A DNA stretch of 15,417 bases from Candidatus Woesearchaeota archaeon (GTDB taxonomy: Archaea > Nanobdellota > Nanobdellia > Nanobdellales > CAZNIQ01), in contig CAZNIQ010000010.1 of NCBI GenBank assembly GCA_964573185.1, positions 5,765 to 21,181 on the forward strand, read 5' to 3'. Below the pieces are notes generated by a model. The model did no database searches and was not told the DNA's origin. It worked only from the letters and a program-made list of their open reading frames with translations. Below are positions 8,010 to 14,746 of this stretch, piece by piece. The position numbers and the translations under genes were made by a program. Every line of letters starts with the position of its first letter. Position 1 is the stretch's first letter.

Positions 8010-8597
8010 ATGGCAAAGTCTTTCTATTGGTATGTTCAACAACTCTGGAAAAGACCAAGAGAATACTTAGGAGATTTATATAAGCAAAGAATCATGCAAT
8101 GGAGAAGAGAACCAGAGATAGTTAGAATTGAAAGACCTACTAGGATAGATAGAGCTAGGAGATTGGGATGGAAACCTATACCGGGAATTGTTTTAGTTAG
8201 AGTAAGAGTAAGAAGAAGAGGTGCAACAAAGAAAGAGGATAATAATAAGGGAAGAAGACCAAAGGCAAATTATAGATATAGATATTTAGGTAAATCTTTG
8301 CAATGGATTGCTGAAGAAAAAGCTGCAAGAAAATATCCTGGTTTAGAAGTCCTAGCTTCCTATTGGGTTGGTGAAGATGGAGAATATGCTTGGTATGAGG
8401 TTATACTAGTAGATCCTGCAAATCCAAATGTACAAGCAAGACCGGAATATGCTTGGTTATTACAGAAGGCTCAAAGAGGTAGAGTATTTAGAGGTTTAAC
8501 ACCTGCAGGAAGGAAATCTAGAGGTTTATTAAATAGAGGAAAAGGAGCTGAAAAAGTAAGACCTTCCTTAAGAGCAAACGATAACAAAGCTAAATAA
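8010..8597 (+). CDS. rpl15e: 50S ribosomal protein eL15 (L15e)
   Basis: 195 aa. N-terminus YWYVQQLWKRPREYLGDLYKQRIMQWRREPEIVRIERPTRIDRARRLGWK and the basic core are characteristic of L15e. Confidence 0.95.
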   Translation: MAKSFYWYVQQLWKRPREYLGDLYKQRIMQWRREPEIVRIERPTRIDRARRLGWKPIPGIVLVRVRVRRRGATKKEDNNKGRRPKANYRYRYLGKSLQWIAEEKAARKYPGLEVLASYWVGEDGEYAWYEVILVDPANPNVQARPEYAWLLQKAQRGRVFRGLTPAGRKSRGLLNRGKGAEKVRPSLRANDNKAK

Positions 8598-8647
8598 GCA
8601 TTATTTTAATTTTTCTTAAAAAACAGCTTTAAGAATATAAAATTGTT

Positions 8648-8720
8648 TGTGCCCCGCCTAGCGACACCCTGGTTCATCGATCCCCTTCGGGGTTCTCACC
8701 GGGCTCAGTTCTAGGCGGGG
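8648..8720 (-). ncRNA. H/ACA-type guide sRNA hairpin (candidate pseudouridylation guide)
   Basis: Read on the minus strand. 10-bp lower stem CCCCGCCUAG (8720-8711) / CUAGGCGGGG (8661-8652). Internal pocket AACUGAG (8710-8704) / UGUCG (8666-8662). Upper stem CCCGGU (8703-8698) / ACC(A)GGG (8673-8667). Canonical K-turn: 3-nt bulge GAU 8678-8676; sheared pairs G8675.A8696 and A8674.G8697; closing C8679-G8695. Apical CCCC-GAA-GGGG. ACA at 8650-8648, 1 nt after the stem, then a T-run. GC-rich island in AT-rich DNA. Confidence 0.5.
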
Positions 8721-8722
8721 TG

Positions 8723-8774
8723 TCAGGACCTCCGGCAATCATCATACTCAGACACACCGGGTTTTCGTCATCCT
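8723..8774 (-). ncRNA. C/D box sRNA (imperfect C box, long first spacer)
   Basis: Read on the minus strand. C-like AGGAUGA 8774-8768; 16-nt spacer; D' CUGA 8751-8748; 2-nt linker; perfect C' AUGAUGA 8745-8739; 12-nt guide UUGCCGGAGGUC; D CUGA 8726-8723. Palindromic TATA TTTATAAA (8794-8801) sits 27-29 nt upstream of the C box. Confidence 0.6.
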
Positions 8775-8778
8775 AGAA

Positions 8779-8786
8779 TTTTTAAT
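8779..8786 (+). promoter_or_regulatory. TATA box of nurA-herA
   Basis: TTTTTAAT starts 29 nt upstream of ATG 8808. Confidence 0.45.
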
Positions 8787-8793
8787 CCTTAAA

Positions 8794-8801
8794 TTTATAA
8801 A
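8794..8801 (-). promoter_or_regulatory. TATA box of the minus-strand C/D + H/ACA sRNA locus
   Basis: Palindromic TTTATAAA. On the minus strand it starts at 8801, 27-29 nt upstream of the C-like box (8774-8768). Confidence 0.45.
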
Positions 8802-8807
8802 AGAGCT

Positions 8808-9854
8808 ATGCTTAATGCTGAAGATATAAAGAACATCGAAAAAATGATAAGGATAGTTGGGAAAAATTTGGAAACTAAAAATTTCAAATTATTAATAAAG
8901 GAGATGCTAGAGGAGGGAAATAAAGAACTCTCTTTAGTTGCTGAAGATTCTGGATTTATTGTAGGAAATCTTGGAGGATTTTCATATATTTTTGTGAGAA
9001 CATTCGTAATTAATGATAAAGGAAAAAAGTTCTCTAAATCAAAATTTTATTTATTGCCTTATGCTTTCTTTGAAGGAAAAAGAATTGATGATTTAGCGGA
9101 TATAATTTCCAGAACAATAGAATACTTTTTAACATTAGAATTTATTAAAAAAGAAAAACCGGATGTTGTATTAATTGATGGGAGCTTAATATCTGATTTA
9201 ATTCAAGCAGCAGTAATGCTAAGTTTATTTAAGAAAGAGAACTATTTTGATACCTTTGTAGAATTTTTAAACCAATATTCCAACTATTTAGATATAGAAG
9301 AAATAGATTATGCATTATTAGAAGATTTACCTAAAATTTTTATCACCTTTTATATAAAAACATTGAGAGATTTCTTGCAATATGTAAAAGATAATAATAT
9401 TCTTGTTTTCTATTTTATTAAGAGACCTGTAGATTCTAAAAGACTAGCTGAAAAGATAGCACCTGATTTATCAAGAAAATTCAACGATTATTTATTATTA
9501 AATATTGTTTTCAGAAATAAAGCTTTTGTAACAGATTTATACAAGCAAGAATTAGAGGGACAAGCTATAAGGCAACTCTTTATAGATATTTTAGAAAACT
9601 ATTATTTTGTTTATTTTAGAAAAGTTCCGAATGGGCATATTTATAGAATAGAGATTCCCGCATTTTATAATGAAAATGAAATAAAAGAAAGCATTTTTAG
9701 CATCTTAAATAAATATTCAGACGTACAAGGTTATCCAAGATTATTGTTACTAGCTCATAAATTATGTAATGTTAGTCTAAAAGATAAGAAAATAATAGAA
9801 AGACTTTTAATCTCAAAGTTAAAAGATTTTGTTGTACCTGAAGCGACAAGATGA
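8808..9854 (+). CDS. nurA: NurA-family 5'-3' nuclease
   Basis: 348 aa with NurA-like acidic motifs (LVAEDSGF, VVLIDGSL). Translationally coupled (ATGA overlap at 9851-9854) to a HerA helicase gene, the canonical partner. The family call rests on motif recollection plus context. Confidence 0.72.
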   Translation: MLNAEDIKNIEKMIRIVGKNLETKNFKLLIKEMLEEGNKELSLVAEDSGFIVGNLGGFSYIFVRTFVINDKGKKFSKSKFYLLPYAFFEGKRIDDLADIISRTIEYFLTLEFIKKEKPDVVLIDGSLISDLIQAAVMLSLFKKENYFDTFVEFLNQYSNYLDIEEIDYALLEDLPKIFITFYIKTLRDFLQYVKDNNILVFYFIKRPVDSKRLAEKIAPDLSRKFNDYLLLNIVFRNKAFVTDLYKQELEGQAIRQLFIDILENYYFVYFRKVPNGHIYRIEIPAFYNENEIKESIFSILNKYSDVQGYPRLLLLAHKLCNVSLKDKKIIERLLISKLKDFVVPEATR

Positions 9855-11491
9855 AGATCGGAATAATTGTTGGATCAACGGATATCTCAAAATTCAATGT
9901 AGCTATAGATCCATCTAAATATAAAAATGTCAAGATAGGTAGTATCGTAAAATTTGAAGTAGACGGCAAGGAGGCCTATGGTATTATTACAAATATTACA
10001 ATTAAAAGTACAAATCCTTTAGATATAGCATCCGAATACTCTTCCTTAGAATTGTTTGTACAAAAATTAAAAGGTGTAGAGCAATTAATATTAGCAGAGG
10101 TAAAAGTTTTAGGTGTATTAGATGAGAAAAAAAGATTTAGGAAGTTAGATTTCCCTCCTTTGCCTGGGACAGATGTATTCTTAGCTTCTGAAGAAGAAAT
10201 AAAGGAAATATATGGTATTTCAGAAGAAAAATGGAAATATATAACCGTTGGAAAAATCCTTGGTGGATACTCAATTGAACCCGCTCTAGATAAAAGGGAA
10301 ATAATTATAAAGCATTTAGCAGTATTTGGAGTTACAGGATCTGGAAAATCACATACTATAGCCGTATTAACTTCAAAGCTTTTAGAACATGGAATACCAG
10401 TTGTAATTTTTGATGTACATAGGGATTATATACCAACATTTAAAGATCCTATAATAATTACATTTGACGAAAGAGAAAAAAGATATTTAGAAAGATTCCA
10501 TAAAGATAGAAGAGGGGATTCAAATCCTAAGATAGAGATTGTCAAATTAAAGTTATATGAGATAGCATCTTATCTACCGGATATCTTAGGAATCTCTCCT
10601 CAAGCACATCCATATTTGTATCTCCTATTAGATGCTGCTCTAAAGAACAAGCCAGTGTCATTAGCAGATTTAAAAGAAACTATTAAAGATAAAAGAAAAA
10701 TTTTAGGACAATTAAGAAAAGAATTTGTAGATCCTAGGATGCTAGAAGAGTTAGATAAAAAATTTGATTCTGCAAGAGCTAGCTTAATTACTAGATTACA
10801 TAGATTGGAGAAATGGAAGATAGTACCACAAAGTGTTAAAGAGGGGCAATACTTATCAATAGATGATATAATTAAATTAAAAGAAAGTGAAGAAATTCTT
10901 GAGGTTGAAGGTGAAGCTATTGAAGCTTCTGAAGGTTTTATAGAAAAAGGAAAACCATTAATAGTAGATTTATTCCCATTGAGTCTTGAAGAACAGAGAG
11001 TTTTAATTGATATATTTCTAAATAAGTTGTTCGAATACTGGAAAGAGTTGAAGAAGGAAAATAGGCATATTCCAATAGTAATTGTAATAGAGGAAGCTCA
11101 CAGGTTTGCTGCAAAGGATGTTAAAGTGTCAAAGATGCTAGGTACTATTGCTAGAGAGGGTAGAAAATTTGGAATAGGATTATGGCTAGTATCCCAGATC
11201 CCATCAAAGATATCCGAAGATATAATATCTCAAATAAATACTTTTATTTTCTTAAGATTAACGAATCCAAAAGATCTAACTTTTATTAGAAAATCCTGTC
11301 CATACTTATCTGAAGAATATCTGGAAACTATAACTAAATTCGATAGAGGAGAAGCTTTAATAGTTGGTTTAGGCGTTAGACAACCTGTCTTAGTTAAAAT
11401 AGAGGAAAGAGCTATAATTGGAGGATCTGAAAAAGAGATAGAAGATAAACTAAAAGAATTATATGAGAGTAGTAGTAATAGGGGCGGGTAG
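9851..11491 (+). CDS. herA: HerA-family hexameric DNA helicase/translocase (FtsK-HerA superfamily ATPase)
   Basis: 546 aa. N-terminal HAS-barrel-like region (IGIIVGSTD...GSIVKFEVDGKEAYGIITNI), Walker A FGVTGSGKSHT, Walker B PIVIVIEEAHRF, and the AREGRKFGIGLWLVSQIPSKI motif. Confidence 0.9.
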   Translation: MKIGIIVGSTDISKFNVAIDPSKYKNVKIGSIVKFEVDGKEAYGIITNITIKSTNPLDIASEYSSLELFVQKLKGVEQLILAEVKVLGVLDEKKRFRKLDFPPLPGTDVFLASEEEIKEIYGISEEKWKYITVGKILGGYSIEPALDKREIIIKHLAVFGVTGSGKSHTIAVLTSKLLEHGIPVVIFDVHRDYIPTFKDPIIITFDEREKRYLERFHKDRRGDSNPKIEIVKLKLYEIASYLPDILGISPQAHPYLYLLLDAALKNKPVSLADLKETIKDKRKILGQLRKEFVDPRMLEELDKKFDSARASLITRLHRLEKWKIVPQSVKEGQYLSIDDIIKLKESEEILEVEGEAIEASEGFIEKGKPLIVDLFPLSLEEQRVLIDIFLNKLFEYWKELKKENRHIPIVIVIEEAHRFAAKDVKVSKMLGTIAREGRKFGIGLWLVSQIPSKISEDIISQINTFIFLRLTNPKDLTFIRKSCPYLSEEYLETITKFDRGEALIVGLGVRQPVLVKIEERAIIGGSEKEIEDKLKELYESSSNRGG

Positions 11492-12551
11492 ATCCGGTTT
11501 ATATACTTCCATTTTATTATCAGATTATTTCGATGTAGTTGTTTATGAGAAAGAAAAATATGTTGGAAAAAAGAAAGGAACGGATATAGTAAGTACTAAT
11601 ATTTTAAAGTTCATTAAACTAAAGAAAAAAGCTATTAAAAATAAAATATATGGAGCTATCTTTAAACATAAAGGTAAAGAGATATTAATCAAAAGAAAAA
11701 GAATTGTTGCTTTAGTTTTGGATCATAAAGGATTTGAAGAATATTTACTAGATTTAGCAGAGAAAAGAGGAGTTTTAGTTAAATTTGGTTATAGGTTCGT
11801 TAAAGGTTCGTTAACTCAGTTAACTTTTAAAGAAGGTTCAAAGGTTTTAACCGAAGTTAACTGGGATATTCTTGTAGGAGCAGACGGTGTAAATTCTTTA
11901 GTAGCAAGAAATTATAGCTTTTACAAGGCTCAAAAAGTTATATTTGGATATGATTTTTTAGTTAAGGGTAATTTCGAAAAGAAATATGTTATTCTAGAAT
12001 TAAATCCGGAATATTTCTATTGGATTGTTCCGGAAAATGAAGAATACGCAAGAGTTGGATTTCTTTTTGAAAATGTTAAATTGCATAAAATATTAAAGAA
12101 GAAGTTTGAGAGGAAAATATTGGTTAATTATAAAGTTGTTAATTGGATTTTTAGACCAATTCCAATCTATGATAATTATAGGTGGCAAAAAGGAAAGGTT
12201 TATTTAATAGGTGATGCTGCTGGAATGGTTAAGAGATTAACAGGTGGCGGTACTATTCCTAGTTTTTGGGGGGCAAATTTACTATTAAAATCAATCCTAA
12301 AGAAAGAACCTTTTGACAAAGTAGGACGTCCATTAAAAATGTACTTAAACTACCACAATCTTCTCTACGATTTTATAAAACATCTTTCTATTTCAACAAA
12401 ATTTAAAATTTTAAAATATGGAAAATTATTTTTTGAAATACTAGGAGATATGGATACTGTATGGGGCCGTGGCCCAGCCTGGCTAGGGCGCCGGCCTGGG
12501 GCGCCGGAGGTCCCGGGTTCAAATCCCGGCGGCCCCATAGTTAATCAATAG
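11463..12551 (+). CDS. FAD-dependent oxidoreductase, geranylgeranyl reductase family
   Basis: N-terminal Rossmann motif VVVIGAGRSGL, GADGVNSLVAR and GDAAGMVKRLTGGGT motifs. The last 29 codons (12462-12548) are the in-frame translation of the tRNA-Pro gene, so the true 3' end is uncertain. Overlaps herA by 29 nt. Confidence 0.78.
   Translation: MRVVVIGAGRSGLYTSILLSDYFDVVVYEKEKYVGKKKGTDIVSTNILKFIKLKKKAIKNKIYGAIFKHKGKEILIKRKRIVALVLDHKGFEEYLLDLAEKRGVLVKFGYRFVKGSLTQLTFKEGSKVLTEVNWDILVGADGVNSLVARNYSFYKAQKVIFGYDFLVKGNFEKKYVILELNPEYFYWIVPENEEYARVGFLFENVKLHKILKKKFERKILVNYKVVNWIFRPIPIYDNYRWQKGKVYLIGDAAGMVKRLTGGGTIPSFWGANLLLKSILKKEPFDKVGRPLKMYLNYHNLLYDFIKHLSISTKFKILKYGKLFFEILGDMDTVWGRGPAWLGRRPGAPEVPGSNPGGPIVNQ
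12463..12537 (+). tRNA. tRNA-Pro (anticodon GGG)
   Basis: 75-nt cloverleaf read by hand. Acceptor GGGGCCG/CGGCCCC; D arm GCCC-AGCCUGGCUA-GGGC; anticodon arm CCGGC-CUGGGGC-GCCGG (GGG at 34-36, G37); variable loop AGGUC; T arm CCGGG-UUCAAAU-CCCGG; discriminator A. No encoded CCA and no intron. Strongly GC-rich against the AT-rich background. Confidence 0.95.
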
Positions 12552-12561
12552 TAACATCTCT

Positions 12562-12569
12562 TTTTAAAG
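12562..12569 (+). promoter_or_regulatory. TATA box of the GH130 gene
   Basis: TTTTAAAG starts 29 nt upstream of ATG 12591. Confidence 0.5.
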
Positions 12570-12590
12570 AAAGGGGACAAAAGAAAATAA

Positions 12591-13580
12591 ATGCTTAAAT
12601 TTAAAAAAGTAGTAGTTAAACCTAGGGACTGGAACGCTGAGTTAACATTCAATCCGGCCGTTTATTATGATGGCGAAACCGTTTTTCTCTGGCCAAGAAT
12701 AATTTTCAAAGAAGATTATGATTTATATGTATCAAAGATAGGATTAATGATATCGAAGGATGGGATTAATTTTCAGAAAGTAAAAATAGTAGTTCAGCCT
12801 GATAAACCTTTTGACAAAATGGGTTGCGAAGATCCTAGAGTAACTAAAATAGATGACACTCTTTACATGACATATGTTGCTCTAGAACATGGAGCATGGA
12901 CTGGTACATCAAGAACAGCTTTAATAAAAGTAGGAAATCCTTTAGATGAAAGAACTTATGAAAAACTTGGAGTAATTACATGGGAAAATGTTGATGATAA
13001 AGATGTAGTCTTATTTCCTGAAAAAATTAAAGGAAAATATGTAATTTTACATAGACCAAATTTACATAGGGATAATGTTCAAATACATTATGGAAAAATA
13101 TTTGTAAAATTTGGAAAACTCGGATGGAAGGAATTCAAATATAAAATTGATAGAATCCCTAAAAGACCAAGTATTTGGATAGCCTTTACAGAAGATTTTA
13201 AGATAAGGGAAAGCAAAGTTCTTTATGAACCTTCTGAAAGATGGGAAAGTTGGAAAGTAGGAGCTGGAGCACCACCTATAAAGATTTCTGAAGGCTGGCT
13301 ATTAATCTATCATGGTGTACAAAGATACAATGATAAAAAAGTTTATAGAGCTGGGGTTCTACTTTTAGACAAAAAAGATCCTACGAGAATTATAGGAAAA
13401 TATGGCCCTATATTAGAGCCAACCGAACCTTGGGAAAAATATGGGGAAGTATCTTTTGTAGTTTTTCCTACAGGAGCTTTCATTAAAGATAATGAGCTAT
13501 ATGTTTATTATGGAGCTGCGGATACTTATATAGGCTTAGCAGTATTCGATTTAGATAAGTTAGTTAATGAAATATTATGA
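12591..13580 (+). CDS. glycoside hydrolase family 130 protein (beta-mannoside phosphorylase/DUF377-like)
   Basis: 329 aa with GH130-like motifs GCEDPRV, DKDVVLFPEKIKGKY, HRP, GAGAPPI, YHGV, YRAGVLLLDKKDP, VVFPTG and YYGAADT. TATA TTTTAAAG (12562-12569) starts 29 nt upstream of the ATG. Confidence 0.82.
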   Translation: MLKFKKVVVKPRDWNAELTFNPAVYYDGETVFLWPRIIFKEDYDLYVSKIGLMISKDGINFQKVKIVVQPDKPFDKMGCEDPRVTKIDDTLYMTYVALEHGAWTGTSRTALIKVGNPLDERTYEKLGVITWENVDDKDVVLFPEKIKGKYVILHRPNLHRDNVQIHYGKIFVKFGKLGWKEFKYKIDRIPKRPSIWIAFTEDFKIRESKVLYEPSERWESWKVGAGAPPIKISEGWLLIYHGVQRYNDKKVYRAGVLLLDKKDPTRIIGKYGPILEPTEPWEKYGEVSFVVFPTGAFIKDNELYVYYGAADTYIGLAVFDLDKLVNEIL

Positions 13581-14349
13581 GGGGTAACATAGGTAAATTT
13601 GGTAAAATCAGAATCTTCCACGTTTCTTTTGCGAAATCTTTACCGCCCAAAAGTGTATAAGCCCATTTGATTAAATCATTGGAAAAAATGGCTAAAGCTA
13701 TTCCTTTTGCAATAACCTCTAAAGGAAAGTTTGAAGTGCATAAAGAAATTGTTAAAGCATCTACATCTGTAAATCCTGTAAGAAAAGCTGTTAAATAAAC
13801 TCCAAGATTTCCAAATAAGGAATACAAAAATTTCAAAGCGGTTTTAACAATAATATATATTAAACCGAAAAATAGAGCTTCCTTTATTATAGTTTCAGAG
13901 GGGATCTCTGTTTTTCCTTCTACTTTTATCCTAAGAAAATAAATTGTGAGGATCCAAAAAAGAAAAGTAGGAATGAAAATATAAAAAGCGACTTTTCTAA
14001 TAGCTAACACATTAAAAATAAGTACTAAAAGGAGTACTCTTAAATTCCTCATCCAAGTAGCAGAAGCTATGGCACCCAAGGCTCCTTTTGAAATTCCTGG
14101 ATTTTCTTTAACTAAGGAAGACATTGAAAGAGTTACAGCAGTAGAAGAAACTATTCCACCAGTGATGCCCAATAAAATCAAGCTTTTAGCACCAAAATAT
14201 TTTAACAAAAGATTTCCAACAAAATTAATGAAAGCTATTATAAAAATAACGAAGAAAACATTTTTTATATTAAAAGCATAGATTTGAATGGATGGAGAAA
14301 ACAAATATGAGATAAAAACTATAACTAGAAAAAGAAGATCTTTTTTCAT
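13564..14349 (-). CDS. polytopic membrane protein, DUF4010-like (MgtC/SapB-associated family)
   Basis: 261 aa and highly hydrophobic. Motifs GGIVSSTAVTLS and GFTDVDALTISL resemble DUF4010 signatures as recalled. Its 3' end overlaps the GH130 gene by 17 nt. Confidence 0.6.
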   Translation of the reverse strand: MKKDLLFLVIVFISYLFSPSIQIYAFNIKNVFFVIFIIAFINFVGNLLLKYFGAKSLILLGITGGIVSSTAVTLSMSSLVKENPGISKGALGAIASATWMRNLRVLLLVLIFNVLAIRKVAFYIFIPTFLFWILTIYFLRIKVEGKTEIPSETIIKEALFFGLIYIIVKTALKFLYSLFGNLGVYLTAFLTGFTDVDALTISLCTSNFPLEVIAKGIALAIFSNDLIKWAYTLLGGKDFAKETWKILILPNLPMLPLIIFH

Positions 14350-14352
14350 AGA

Positions 14353-14712
14353 TTATTTTAAATAGACGATCTCTTTAAAGCATTTTACTATATCTTCTCC
14401 TTCATTTGCCTTTACTAAAAATATTGTTATATTGTTTTTGTAATACTTTGTTACATCACAAACTTTCGAAATACCTTTCCTAATTAAATTCCATTCACAA
14501 ATCGTCTGATTTTTCAATAAGATTTTTACATTATGCAAATCCTTGTAAGCTTTTATTTTGATGTATCCCCCTTCACAAAAAGCATAAAAAGGATCGCTAG
14601 GATATTCATAGCTCGTTGTTTTAATATAGAATAATATTCCAATAACCCCTATTAATAGAACTCCAACTCCCAATAAAAACCAACCTATAGCCTTTAAGGT
14701 TTCTATATTCAT
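14353..14712 (-). CDS. hypothetical membrane-anchored small protein
   Basis: 119-aa ATG ORF. One N-terminal transmembrane segment, then a Cys-containing (4 Cys) soluble domain. Lies 3 nt upstream of the next gene. No family recognised. Confidence 0.5.
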   Translation of the reverse strand: MNIETLKAIGWFLLGVGVLLIGVIGILFYIKTTSYEYPSDPFYAFCEGGYIKIKAYKDLHNVKILLKNQTICEWNLIRKGISKVCDVTKYYKNNITIFLVKANEGEDIVKCFKEIVYLK

Positions 14713-14715
14713 AAA

Positions 14716-14723
14716 TTTAAAAA
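14716..14723 (+). promoter_or_regulatory. TATA box of the C/D box sRNA at 14747
   Basis: TTTAAAAA predicts a start near 14745, 1-2 nt before the C box. Confidence 0.5.
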
Positions 14724-14746
14724 GAAAGCTTTAGCTAAAAGTTTTA

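Noticed and set aside
8648-8776. Plus-strand interpretations of the GC-rich island: 5S rRNA, SRP RNA fragment, tRNA or split-tRNA half, or a hairpin with a CUUCGG loop
   Set aside because: The ends are not complementary as 5S requires. No SRP or RNase P conserved motifs were found. There is no GTTCRA T-loop or cloverleaf. The apparent UUCG tetraloop is really CCCC-UUC-GGGG (11 nt). The plus strand has no K-turn or box motifs, whereas the minus strand yields four C/D boxes, a canonical K-turn and an ACA. Strand remains unproven without expression data.
12462-12548. The C-terminal 29 residues of the 362-aa ORF taken as genuine conserved protein sequence
   Set aside because: The residues are exactly the translation of the tRNA-Pro gene (a GC-rich Gly/Pro/Arg run unlike the rest of the protein). 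They are not counted as family evidence. They are retained only as an open question in the findings.
4444-14281. Other antisense track ORFs (4444-4644 +, 6075-6284 +, 6961-7203 +, 7822-8058 -, 9772-9969 -, 14069-14281 +)
   Set aside because: Each lies inside and opposite a longer ORF with recognisable motifs or a membrane-protein character. Their sequences are low-complexity with no family resemblance.
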